Origin: a bacterium
GTDB lineage: Bacteria > UBA8248
DNA length: 64,000 bases
NCBI GenBank assembly: GCA_965261085.1
Contig: OZ253442.1
Coordinates: forward strand, 4,203,821-4,267,820
Direction: 5' to 3'
The position numbers and the translations under genes were made by a program. Shown piece after piece: positions 42,435 through 52,021 of the stretch (positions are counted from its first letter, which is position 1; each line of letters begins with the position of its first letter). A model generated the notes under the pieces. That model saw only the letters and a list, made by a program, of their open reading frames with translations, was not told the origin of the DNA and did no database searches.

Positions 42435-42625
42435 TTGATCACCCCTGCGTATTGGTAGCTAAAAATTGACGATGCCTCGATTGGAAATAAATCGATTTCC
42501 GACGAAACTCCCCTAGATTCATCGCATTATATGGGCCTATGAAACATAGTCGCAAGGGCGCGACTTGATGTGCGAAAATCAGTTGCAATTGATCGATCTC
42601 ACTTCACAATAAAGCGAGCAAAAAG

Positions 42626-43043
42626 ATGCAGACCCCCAGAAACCCTTATCTTACGGTGGACATCATCATCGGGTTCAAGAGCGAGATGGGCTATGCGGGC
42701 ATTGTGATGATTGAGCGGAAAAATCCTCCTCATTGCTGGGCGCTGCCGGGCGGATTCGTCGATTACGGAGAAACACTCGAAGCAGCCGCAGTTCGAGAAG
42801 CAAAGGAGGGAACCTCGCTCGACGTGAAGCTGGTTCGTCAATTTCATGCGTACAGCGACCCACGGCGCGATGCGAGACAACACAACGTCACGGTGGTAAA
42901 TATCGCAAGGTCTCCTCGGGGGGGTGGTCGCAGCACGAGATGATGCGAGGCGCGCAGGCGTTTTCAGTAAAAATTCCCTTCCTACCATGATTGTATTTGA
43001 TCACGCAGAGATACTAAGCGATTATTTTTCAAAGAAGTACTAA
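42626..43043 (+). pseudogene. Frameshifted Nudix hydrolase
   Basis: Nudix box [21 protein letters not shown](T); C-terminus (DDA...FDHAEILSDYF*) continues in the +1 frame after the G7 run at 42918-42924. Confidence 0.8.
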
Positions 43044-43150
43044 AAAAGTCACACTAAAGGCATGCCCAGATACATTGTGCTATCATCGATAAATGATGCG
43101 GGGGAACACATGTGTTTCCCCGATTTTCTTTGAAACAGGATTTGCATGAT

Positions 43151-43846
43151 ATGAGCGGACTCTTCGAAAGTCTCGGGCGTGGATTCGAATTGATTCAAAT
43201 AGATATCGCCGCCGTCATGGAGCGCGACCCCGCCTGCAGAACAAAAATGGAAGTGATTCTCTGCTATCCAGGTTTTCACGCTGTATGCCTGCATCGCATG
43301 GCTCATTTCCTATGGAGAAAGCACTTTCTGCTCGTTGCACGGTGGCTGAGTCACTGGAACCGCTTCATCACGGGTATCGAAATTCACCCGAGCGCGCAAA
43401 TTGGCGAGGGGCTTTTCATAGATCATGGAATGGGCGTCGTCATCGGAGAAACGACGCAGATTGGAAAAAACTGCACCATTTATCAAGGCGTGACTCTCGG
43501 CGGCGTGAGTCTAAAGAAAGAAAAAAGACACCCCACATTGGAAGATAACGTCGTCGTCGGCGTTGGCGCCCAGGTTTTGGGGCCACACATTGTCGGCGCC
43601 GGCAGCCGCATCGGCGCAAGCTCGGTCGTCATTTCAGACGTCCCTCCCGGCTGCACGGTGGTGGGTGTGCCCGCACGCATCGTCTACCGGGAGGGGCAAG
43701 GCAAAACGGATGATCTTCTCCCCGTTTCTTTTGAGCACCACGAATTGCCGGACCCCGTGGAAGCGGCCATTCAAGTCCTGAACCAGCGCATCGCAGCCCT
43801 TGAAAAAGAATTGGCCCAGACGCAAGAGCCGACGCCGGAAAAATAA
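43151..43846 (+). CDS. cysE: Serine O-acetyltransferase
   Basis: RDPA, YPG, IEIHP, IDHGMG, RHPT, GVPAR. Confidence 0.95.
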   Translation: MSGLFESLGRGFELIQIDIAAVMERDPACRTKMEVILCYPGFHAVCLHRMAHFLWRKHFLLVARWLSHWNRFITGIEIHPSAQIGEGLFIDHGMGVVIGETTQIGKNCTIYQGVTLGGVSLKKEKRHPTLEDNVVVGVGAQVLGPHIVGAGSRIGASSVVISDVPPGCTVVGVPARIVYREGQGKTDDLLPVSFEHHELPDPVEAAIQVLNQRIAALEKELAQTQEPTPEK

Positions 43847-43854
43847 GAGGCATC

Positions 43855-45024
43855 ATGAAAACCATCTATATGGACCACAACGCAACCACACCGACGCGTC
43901 CTGAGGTCTTGGCCGCGCTTCAGCCATACCTCGGCGAGAAATTCGGAAATCCAAACAGCATCCACCGATATGGCAGAGAAACCAGAATCGCGATCGAAAA
44001 CGCCCGCGACCATGCAGCGGCCCTCATCGGCGCTGCGGATAGTGATGAAATCTTCTTCACCTCCGGGGGGACGGAGAGCGACAATTGGGCGCTTCGGGGC
44101 GTCGTTTCCGCCGATCCAGGAGCAAGCCATATCGTCACCACAGAGATGGAGCACGAGGCCGTGCTCACGACATGCCAGATGCTGGAAGCGGAAGGGGTGG
44201 AAGTAACCTATGTGAAGCCGAATCAGAAAGGACGCGTTTCGCCTGATGATGTGGCCTCGGCGATTCAGCCGAACACGAAAATCTTGTCCGTCATGTGGGG
44301 CAACAACGAGGTCGGCACCATCCAACCGATTCATGAAATCGGCGCTATCTGCCGGGAGCGCGGGATATTGTTTCACACCGATGCCGTGCAGGCGCTAGGC
44401 AAGAAATCCATCGACGTAGAACAAGCCGGCGTGTCTCTGCTTTCAGCCAGTGGACACAAAATCAACGGCTGCAAGGGCACGGGCTTTTTGTATGTAAAAA
44501 AAGGAACCAAGATCGATCCTCTTATCGCAGGCGGCGGGCAGGAGCAAAAACTGCGCTCGGGCACGGAAAACGTCGTCGGCATCGTCGCCATGGGAGAGGC
44601 CTGTCGTATTGCGAAAAAAGAGGGACCCCAATTTGCGAAGAACATTTCCGCTTTACGGGATCGGCTTGAAAACGAAATTTGCGAACGCATTCCCGATGTG
44701 TTGGTCAACGGCGACACGGATCACCGGCTTCCCGGCACATCGAACCTAGGCTTCATCGGCGCAGAAGGGGAAACGCTCCTGATTCGTCTTGATTTAGAGG
44801 GCATCGCGGTGAGCACAGGAGCCGCCTGCAGCTCGGGTTCTCCGGAACCCAGTCACGTCTTGCTGGCAATGGATTTACCAAAAGAAACCGTACAAGGCTC
44901 GCTGAGATTCAGCCTCGGCTACGGGAACTCGGATGAGGACATCGACAGGCTGCTCGAAGTATTGCCGGAGTCCGTCCGCAAGGTTCGCGAGATGGCGCCT
45001 CGCCTGAAATCAACAAAAACATGA
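43855..45024 (+). CDS. iscS: Cysteine desulfurase (IscS/NifS type)
   Basis: YMDHNATT, SGGTE, HTDAVQ, SGHK, STGAACSS. Confidence 0.9.
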   Translation: MKTIYMDHNATTPTRPEVLAALQPYLGEKFGNPNSIHRYGRETRIAIENARDHAAALIGAADSDEIFFTSGGTESDNWALRGVVSADPGASHIVTTEMEHEAVLTTCQMLEAEGVEVTYVKPNQKGRVSPDDVASAIQPNTKILSVMWGNNEVGTIQPIHEIGAICRERGILFHTDAVQALGKKSIDVEQAGVSLLSASGHKINGCKGTGFLYVKKGTKIDPLIAGGGQEQKLRSGTENVVGIVAMGEACRIAKKEGPQFAKNISALRDRLENEICERIPDVLVNGDTDHRLPGTSNLGFIGAEGETLLIRLDLEGIAVSTGAACSSGSPEPSHVLLAMDLPKETVQGSLRFSLGYGNSDEDIDRLLEVLPESVRKVREMAPRLKSTKT

Positions 45025-45033
45025 GAAGAAGCT

Positions 45034-45417
45034 TTGGCTCCAAAAGACGATTATCACTATAACGAAACCGTGCTCGCCCACATTGCGGATCCGCACAACA
45101 TCGGCGCCCTCGAAGACGCAGACGCCCAGGGGAGCGGAACGAACCCCGCCTGCGGCGATGAAGTAACGCTCTATCTTAAATTCGAAGATGCCACGGTCTC
45201 GGACGCCAAGATGAAAATCCTGGGTTGCGGAGCGATCACCGCCGCGATGAGTTCGTTGACGGACCTGGTGCGCGGCAAGACCGTTGATGAACTCGCGCAA
45301 ATCACCGCTGAGGAAATCGCGGAAAGCGTCGACGGTCTCCCCTCTCATAAGCGCCACTGCGCCACTCTCGCCCGGCGGGTACTCCAGAACGCTCTAAAAT
45401 CGAAAGGCGCAAGCTGA
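45034..45417 (+). CDS. iscU: Fe-S cluster scaffold (IscU/NifU N-terminal type)
   Basis: ACGD, GCG, LPSHKRHC. Confidence 0.88.
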   Translation: MAPKDDYHYNETVLAHIADPHNIGALEDADAQGSGTNPACGDEVTLYLKFEDATVSDAKMKILGCGAITAAMSSLTDLVRGKTVDELAQITAEEIAESVDGLPSHKRHCATLARRVLQNALKSKGAS

Positions 45418-45423
45418 CCCCTC

Positions 45424-45885
45424 ATGAGGACATCACAACCGGTCAGAATCCTGGAACTCGACGGTTTCAAGGGTTGGGCATTGCGCGCCGATGAACATGC
45501 AACATCAGAGTACATCGGCCTTATACAGGCTCGCCTACTCAAGATTTGCGCGAATCTTCCCAGAACCGCTCCCGCTTACGGACTCGACCACGGAGACAAA
45601 GGTTATGAAGCCTGCTGGAAAGCACTTTCGGATCTGCCCATGCCCAAGGAACTCCATGAGACGAACTTTCCGGGCGGATGGCATGCCGTAGGAACACACC
45701 TTGGGGGATACGACACGCTTGGCGTCACATCAGGAAAGATGCTCACCCAATGGCTACCGCATAGTGGCTTCAAAAGAAGAGAAGGCCCGTTGATGTACCG
45801 ATACATTACCGACCCCCGCGAAACGACGGAGTCTGACATCAGAACCGAAATCTGCGTGCCCGTTCAGCCCGACCCGATTGAGTGA
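45424..45885 (+). CDS. GyrI-like small-molecule-binding protein
   Basis: THLGGYDTL, WLPHSG, TEICVPV. Confidence 0.75.
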   Translation: MRTSQPVRILELDGFKGWALRADEHATSEYIGLIQARLLKICANLPRTAPAYGLDHGDKGYEACWKALSDLPMPKELHETNFPGGWHAVGTHLGGYDTLGVTSGKMLTQWLPHSGFKRREGPLMYRYITDPRETTESDIRTEICVPVQPDPIE

Positions 45886-45924
45886 GCGACTGAAACAACG
45901 CGCGCATTTCCTATTTTTCGCTCA

Positions 45925-48894
45925 TCACGCCTTGCTGATTCGGCATAACAAACTCTTCATATTCGTTTGATCCGACACCGGATCTCGTTGCGCGAAATCA
46001 GTCAGAAAATTCACGGAGCGCCAAGGATGGTAGGGCTGCCGCTCTCCCCAACCGATGGGAACGTACACCGAGTCCTTTCTGATGCCTGCATTCACCCAAG
46101 CCATCGCCTCGATGGCGCCATGCATGGTCTCGACCTTTAGTTTCACTCCATCTTCGATTCCCAACTCTTGCGCTTTATGGGGATGTATCTGGCAATAGAG
46201 GTCCGGCCACATCTCTTGCGCCTGCCAGAAATAGTGCGTCCAGCTATGAAAATGCGGAGCAGGCGGCCGCCCGGTTATCAATATCGTTTCAAAACCTTTT
46301 CGGCGAAGCTCATCGCCGAGGCTTTCCTCATCCGGCTGAACGATTCTGGCGGTGCGAGAGCCTGTGGGCACCTTGCTGAATGGAGAGATGATCTCCAGAT
46401 CATCATCTTCGTGACCATATTCGAGATAGGGTAATTGCGACAGATTTTCTTTCTCGCTGTAAAACTCCGGCAGCGCGGATAATCCCACTTGCGCGAATTT
46501 ATTCTCCAATTCCTCCGTCCAGAACTCAAGCCGTCCGCTCGGCGTAGAAAAGCGCTTACCCTCGGGTTGCCCCGTGGCGGTCGTCCCTTCGAGGTAAAGC
46601 GTTTCCTGCTCGGGAGCATCTTCGCTTGCAACGGGGAAACGCACCCATCGATAGGGAACCGAGTGGAGTCTTTTTTGTGTGACTCCCCGCAAAAAATCAT
46701 TGTCGATACACATTTCATCCCAAAATTTCCCCGGATCCTTGTATTCCTCTTTCATGACGTCGCCGAACCCCAGGCGTTTCCCGAGTTCTATCCATATCCA
46801 TCCATCGGGTTTCGCCTCCCCCGGCGGGTCGATCATCTTATCTATCCACACAATCCTTCTGTCATCATTCGTGCGGCCCAGTTCTCCTTTTTCGATGCCG
46901 CCCGCTGCAGGCAACACATAATCCGCAAACGCGGAGGTTTCATTCGGGAACAATTCGATATGGACGATGAGATCGAGCGCCTTAAAAGCCGCGCGCGATT
47001 CATCCTGCCCCGGCCACTGCGCCAATGGATTGTTGCACGTGATGAGACCCTTAATGGGGTATGGCTTTCCTTTCCGCATGGCGCTCAGCCAACCGGCCGG
47101 GCTTCTGCGAACCATCGGTTTCTGAATTTCCGCTCTCCTGTTCTCCGGTGCGTTGACGGTGATGGGCGGACCCGCCGTCATGTTCACGTATGCTCCGCCC
47201 TTGCGGCCCCAATTCCCCGTTATGGCGGCCACGAACATCATCGCCCGGTTGGTTTGCACGGAATTGGTATGCTGATTGAGTCCCCGGCTACCAAAGATGA
47301 CACAGCCATCCGCCTTGGCCACATCCTCTGAAAGCGCGCGAATCTCCTCCGCGGATATACCCGTGATGGCCTCCGCCCAATCGGGGGAATATCCTTTGGA
47401 AAATATGAAATCGCGCCAGCGCTCCCAGCCCAGCACCCATTCATCGCAAAAACGCTGATCGTGCATACCTTTTGAGAGAATATGGTGCGCCATGGCCAGG
47501 CCAAGGGCCATGTCGGTGCCCGGACGAATGCCCAGCCATTTATCCGCCTTGCTCGCCGTCGCGGTGTACCTCGGGTCCACCACCACCATCCTGGTTTTGT
47601 TTTTGATGCGCCAGTCATTCACCTTGCCGAAGTAGACTGGCCGCGTCTCGGCCTGGTTGTCCCCGATATAGAGATACATCTGGGCGCTGCCGATATCTTC
47701 GGGCGTATAGCTGTTCCCGTTTCCATTGGTCCCGTGCGTCACCTCGTAGGCGACCACCTTGCCCGCCGCACAAAACGGGTCCGTCCCCTGCAGATTGGGG
47801 GTCCCCCACATCTGGCTGAACAAACGCACATAACCTTTTTGTGTAATCAAACCCGTGCGGGTCCCCACAAAAAGCGCCAGCGCCTCCGGGCCCCATTGTT
47901 CTTTAAGAACCTCGAGTTTCGCTGTGATCTCATCGAGCGCCTGGTTCCAACTGATGCGCTCAAATTCGCCCTCACCTCGGCGGCCGACGCGCTTGAGAGG
48001 ATATTGCAGGCGATGCTCATTGTGGTGCAGTTGAAGCGTAAACTGCGCTTTCGGACAGAGCTTTCCGTTCAGGACAGGATCCTCTTCGTTTCCCGTCACG
48101 TTGATGAGCTGATCCCCTTGAAAATGAAACTTGGCGGTGCAGCAGTTGAAACAAAAATTGCACCCCCCGGGCACGACACGGTCCGCCTTCAACGTCTTTT
48201 TATCGTGCAGGTAGGGGAAGTCAGGCCCTTTTTGCTCAAATACGTCATTCGCTCCAGGTGAATCCACAAAACGAGGCCGACTCGGTTTTTCGTATAACCG
48301 TGAGGCATCTTCCTGCTTCGCGCGGCCGTTTTCCCTTTCAATTTTTTCAAGATAGACCGTTTGCGGTTTCAGGAGGAAATGATCGTGATCCCGAGGATGG
48401 CGACCTTCTTCATCCGCTTTTTCAAGAAGCGTCTCCCTTTCTCCAAAAGAGATGGCGAAGCCCGGACAAATTTCAGCACAAGCAGGTTCCAATCCCTTTT
48501 CCCGTCTGTCCGGGCACAGATCGCATTTCACCGAATGATGTCCTTTGGCGTCATAGCCCATCGCGCTATAAGGACACGCCATGACGCATTCCCCACAACC
48601 CGTGCAAAGCGCTTCATCCACTTCCACCACGCCGGTATCGGGATCTTTCGTTATCGCCTTGGGGTAGACGGGACAGGCCCTCAGGCAAGCGGGGCGCTCG
48701 CAATGCTGGCAAGTCAGCGTGAGGAAATCGGGCGCTCCCGTGGAAGCATCCCCCAACCAGACCACCTTGTTACGGTATTCGCCGGGCCCCAGCCTGTGCT
48801 CCTGCTTACAAGCCGCCTCACAGCTTTTACAGCCAAAGCACCGTTCCAAATCTATCATCAAGGCTAGCTGACCCAAGACGCGCTCCTTGAACAC
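45925..48894 (-). CDS. Fused DmsB-type 4x[4Fe-4S] domain plus Mo/W-bisPGD oxidoreductase
   Basis: CFGCKSC..C, CQHC..C..C, CTGCGEC..C, CDLC..C..C; then CNFCFNCC...LCPKA, RLQYPLKR, DPR, RPGTD, ADYVLPA; no Tat signal. Confidence 0.9.
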   Translation of the reverse strand: MFKERVLGQLALMIDLERCFGCKSCEAACKQEHRLGPGEYRNKVVWLGDASTGAPDFLTLTCQHCERPACLRACPVYPKAITKDPDTGVVEVDEALCTGCGECVMACPYSAMGYDAKGHHSVKCDLCPDRREKGLEPACAEICPGFAISFGERETLLEKADEEGRHPRDHDHFLLKPQTVYLEKIERENGRAKQEDASRLYEKPSRPRFVDSPGANDVFEQKGPDFPYLHDKKTLKADRVVPGGCNFCFNCCTAKFHFQGDQLINVTGNEEDPVLNGKLCPKAQFTLQLHHNEHRLQYPLKRVGRRGEGEFERISWNQALDEITAKLEVLKEQWGPEALALFVGTRTGLITQKGYVRLFSQMWGTPNLQGTDPFCAAGKVVAYEVTHGTNGNGNSYTPEDIGSAQMYLYIGDNQAETRPVYFGKVNDWRIKNKTRMVVVDPRYTATASKADKWLGIRPGTDMALGLAMAHHILSKGMHDQRFCDEWVLGWERWRDFIFSKGYSPDWAEAITGISAEEIRALSEDVAKADGCVIFGSRGLNQHTNSVQTNRAMMFVAAITGNWGRKGGAYVNMTAGPPITVNAPENRRAEIQKPMVRRSPAGWLSAMRKGKPYPIKGLITCNNPLAQWPGQDESRAAFKALDLIVHIELFPNETSAFADYVLPAAGGIEKGELGRTNDDRRIVWIDKMIDPPGEAKPDGWIWIELGKRLGFGDVMKEEYKDPGKFWDEMCIDNDFLRGVTQKRLHSVPYRWVRFPVASEDAPEQETLYLEGTTATGQPEGKRFSTPSGRLEFWTEELENKFAQVGLSALPEFYSEKENLSQLPYLEYGHEDDDLEIISPFSKVPTGSRTARIVQPDEESLGDELRRKGFETILITGRPPAPHFHSWTHYFWQAQEMWPDLYCQIHPHKAQELGIEDGVKLKVETMHGAIEAMAWVNAGIRKDSVYVPIGWGERQPYHPWRSVNFLTDFAQRDPVSDQTNMKSLLCRISKA

Positions 48895-48901
48895 ATGCGG
48901 A

Positions 48902-49675
48902 CTACCACCTCGTCAGATGCCACCAGTATACCTCTCCCCCGCCGGAGACATAACCCGCAAAAAAAGTAACGGTGACGATGTGCCCCAGCATACCGAGGAT
49001 AAAGACGAACGCCAAAGCGATGTGAATCAACCGCCAATAAGCCTGCGCGGGAGACACGCCGGCGCGCATTCCCATCAACTTGTTTTCCCGGCCAATCAGC
49101 CGGGCATAAGCGAGCGTAAGGCCTGGCCTGGAGAACCAATGCTTGAGTCTCGGGGAAAAGGTGCCCTCATTCGCTCCCGGCTCGAGTCTGGACAAAAGGG
49201 ATTCTTTCTCCTGGATGAGACGGGCCATGCGCGCTCGGTTATCCGAGCCCAACGGAGAGAAAGATTCGTCTCTTGAAGCGAACGTGGCCGACATCCGCCT
49301 GGAGAGACGAACACGCGCCCACACGCCCAGAATCACCAGGGCAAAAAGCGCGACGAGCAGCAACGCCGGGGCATAGCGAAGAAACCCGCCCGAGTGGATG
49401 CTCACCAACACGCCGCCCAGGGTGGCCGTCACCACATGGGCGGAAAACCACCCAAGGGGAGAGCCGCCCACGCCTGTTCGTTTCGTGATCACGAAAACCA
49501 CGGAGACGCACAAGAGAACGGCCCCCGCAACGCCGACCAAATACAGCGTCGGGGAACCCGGCAGATGCCATTCGCTCGATAATGTATGCTGAAACGCGAA
49601 GAAGGTGACCAGAACAACCGCTGCCGCGAAGAGGAGATACGCAAGCAGCTTGTCGCCGATATCGAATCGTCTCAT
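48902..49675 (-). CDS. Integral membrane protein, probable di-heme b partner of the Mo enzyme
   Basis: About 5 TM segments; two His pairs, each 14 residues apart (HVVTATLGGVLVSIH, HIALAFVFILGMLGH); 7-nt gap to the Mo gene. Confidence 0.65.
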   Translation of the reverse strand: MRRFDIGDKLLAYLLFAAAVVLVTFFAFQHTLSSEWHLPGSPTLYLVGVAGAVLLCVSVVFVITKRTGVGGSPLGWFSAHVVTATLGGVLVSIHSGGFLRYAPALLLVALFALVILGVWARVRLSRRMSATFASRDESFSPLGSDNRARMARLIQEKESLLSRLEPGANEGTFSPRLKHWFSRPGLTLAYARLIGRENKLMGMRAGVSPAQAYWRLIHIALAFVFILGMLGHIVTVTFFAGYVSGGGEVYWWHLTRW

Positions 49676-49680
49676 GAAAA

Positions 49681-50160
49681 TCAGGGAAATTCTATTTTTT
49701 CGACATCCACGATTTCAAAATTCCTCACGCCACCGGGCAACTGAACCACCACCTCATCGCCCGGTTCTTTTTGCATGATCCCGCGCGAAAGTGGCGCACC
49801 AAAGGAGATAATTCCATTGGGGAGGTCACTTTCCTCCTCGCCCAATATCTTATAGGTAATCTCTTCATCCTTATCCAGGTCAAAAAGAGTGACTTTTGTG
49901 CCGATGGTGACCTTATCGCCAGAGATGGGGAGTTCTTCTATCACGCTCGCCTCACGGATCTTATCCATAATCCGGCTCACCTCGTTCTTCAGGTTGCCCT
50001 GCAACTCAATGGCCGCCTCCCACTCGGCGTTTTCGCTCAAATCACCCAAACTCGCCGCCTTGCCGATCTCTTTCGACACCTCATGCTTCAGGCGATGCCG
50101 AATTTCTCCAACCTTTCGCCTCAACCCCTCGAGGCTCGCTTTCGTTATGTAGTACGGCAT
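49681..50160 (-). CDS. greA: Transcription elongation factor GreA
   Basis: GDLSENAEW, IS..APL, GD.V. Confidence 0.93.
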   Translation of the reverse strand: MPYYITKASLEGLRRKVGEIRHRLKHEVSKEIGKAASLGDLSENAEWEAAIELQGNLKNEVSRIMDKIREASVIEELPISGDKVTIGTKVTLFDLDKDEEITYKILGEEESDLPNGIISFGAPLSRGIMQKEPGDEVVVQLPGGVRNFEIVDVEKIEFP

Positions 50161-50200
50161 CTCTTCCTCATCCACATGTGAAATAATCTAAAAATGCGCC

Positions 50201-51118
50201 TCAGGCGTCTTTAGCTGTTTTTTCTTTCAGTTGTTCTCGAAAATCATACCCGGTATCTTCCACAAACGCTTCGATCAGGCGTTTCGTGACGGGCCCTGGA
50301 ACTCGCGCGCCTGGCTTGAAGCTGTCGATTTCACGCACCGGCATGGCGCATATCGCGCTCGATGTGATGAAGTACTCTTCCGCCTGCGCCAAATCGTATG
50401 TCGTGATGTCTCTCTCTTCGACTGGAATTCCCAAACGCGCCGCCAATTCGAACACCGCCAGACGGGTCACGCCTTGTAATATATTTCTCTCCGGCGGCGT
50501 CCAGAGAACGCCGTCTTTCACCATGAAAAAATTGGCGGACGAGTTTTCCGCCACGTTCCCCTGAATGTCGAGCATCAAGGACAAAGAACCCGATGCGGCG
50601 GCATCGAGTTCCGCCAGAATCTGATTCATTTTGCTCGTCACTTTCGCTCTCGTCTCGATGCACTCGGGAGGATTGCGCCTCGTGGGCGTTATCGCCAGAC
50701 GCACGCCGTTCAAATAACGCTCCGAAAAAGATGCAACATTCACGGGTCTCCAAAATATGAATACGGAAGCGGACCCCGCCGCGTGCGCCGCCATGGAAGG
50801 ATCATCGAAACCACGGGTCACCCAATGGCCGACACGATACATGGCGCCTTCTTCGAGACGACATAAATTCGACTCCAGAGTAGCCAGCGTAGCCTGCTTC
50901 ATTTCCTCTTTTTCGAGGCCCACGCCGATGCGAACATATTTGAGTGACCGATAGAGGCGATCGAGATGATCATCGAGCCGATAGAGCTTTCCCGCAAAGC
51001 AAGGGGTGACCTCATAAACGCCGTCTCCCCAGAGAAAACCGCGGTCGAAGGGCGATATCCTGGCGTCTTTCTCCTCTATAATCTCACCATTGAGATATAC
51101 GAAACGCTCACCCGGCAT
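50201..51118 (-). CDS. Class IV aminotransferase (IlvE/D-amino acid AT-like)
   Basis: DRGFLWGDGVYE, HLDRL, ENSSANFF, ILQGVTR. Confidence 0.9.
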   Translation of the reverse strand: MPGERFVYLNGEIIEEKDARISPFDRGFLWGDGVYEVTPCFAGKLYRLDDHLDRLYRSLKYVRIGVGLEKEEMKQATLATLESNLCRLEEGAMYRVGHWVTRGFDDPSMAAHAAGSASVFIFWRPVNVASFSERYLNGVRLAITPTRRNPPECIETRAKVTSKMNQILAELDAAASGSLSLMLDIQGNVAENSSANFFMVKDGVLWTPPERNILQGVTRLAVFELAARLGIPVEERDITTYDLAQAEEYFITSSAICAMPVREIDSFKPGARVPGPVTKRLIEAFVEDTGYDFREQLKEKTAKDA

Positions 51119-51305
51119 CGGACATTCCTCCCATCCGCATCAATAAAGAAAGGCCGGCCCGAAGCAACGGGCGCAGCCGCATGTAAAATGAAATGTCATC
51201 CTACATACAACCATCTTACAAAGAAAATGCCAAAGGGCAAAATCGTTAAGGGATATTCCGCCTCCCGACAACGCGCCCGGACACGAGTTTTGCTTTCGGA
51301 ATTTC

Positions 51306-51770
51306 CTAGTTTAAGGCCTTGTATACCTCTCGCCATTTGTCCAGCACTTCATTGTGTTCTATCCAGTAGCCTGGCCACGGGTCTTTGTTGTCGCGTATGT
51401 CTTGTGACCATCCCCTAGAACGTTCGAGGAATTTCTTTAACACGTGATCTTCACCCGTATAAAATCTGATGGAGTTTTTCGATTGAATATCAAGGCTCGT
51501 CGTCGGCGCAACATCCCAAAAACGCAATCCGGGGAGGTTCTCCTCGAAACAGCGCCCATATACATTGTTTGTCCTGTAGATGATTTCATGCTGCTTTATT
51601 AGGGCTTTCTTCCTCTCCAACGATTCCCGATATGCTCTCGCCTTCCCTTTGCATTCCACGAAAACTTTCCTGTGCTCAGCAATGGTTCTTGATTCCCACT
51701 CTGCCATTTCCTCGATTGATTGACACCCTGAAATACCTAAAAGAACAGCAAGAATGACCATATGTTTCAT
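51306..51770 (-). CDS. Hypothetical lipoprotein
   Basis: Signal peptide with lipobox ISGC; AAAGGAG RBS; AT-rich. Confidence 0.7.
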   Translation of the reverse strand: MKHMVILAVLLGISGCQSIEEMAEWESRTIAEHRKVFVECKGKARAYRESLERKKALIKQHEIIYRTNNVYGRCFEENLPGLRFWDVAPTTSLDIQSKNSIRFYTGEDHVLKKFLERSRGWSQDIRDNKDPWPGYWIEHNEVLDKWREVYKALN

Positions 51771-51791
51771 GTTTTTCTCCTTTACAACTAA

Positions 51792-51968
51792 TCAATCGTC
51801 TATTCGAAAATTAAATTGATCTTCTGTTTTTGGGTAGGCCCTCACAAGGGCGCAATAAAAATGATTCCAATTCCCCGCTGGAGAAGCTCGCATCAACGCC
51901 ATTACTCCGACTAGATGCCCCCTGAGTTTTGGATGTCCGTATTCGGGAGTGAACCATTTGTTTTTCAT
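51792..51968 (-). pseudogene. C-terminal remnant of a P63C-domain (phage-associated) gene
   Basis: Reads WFTPEYGHPKLRGHLVGVMALMRAS..NW..F...L.RAYPK; 58 codons, absent from the ORF track. Confidence 0.65.
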
Positions 51969-52021
51969 ACCGAGGGATTGGGCGCCAGGTCAAAATTCTT
52001 TCCCGAAAAGGATGGATACGA

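Noticed and set aside
45925-48894. Second selenoprotein (Sec-ligated Mo enzyme)
   Set aside because: The reading frame is uninterrupted, with no in-frame TGA
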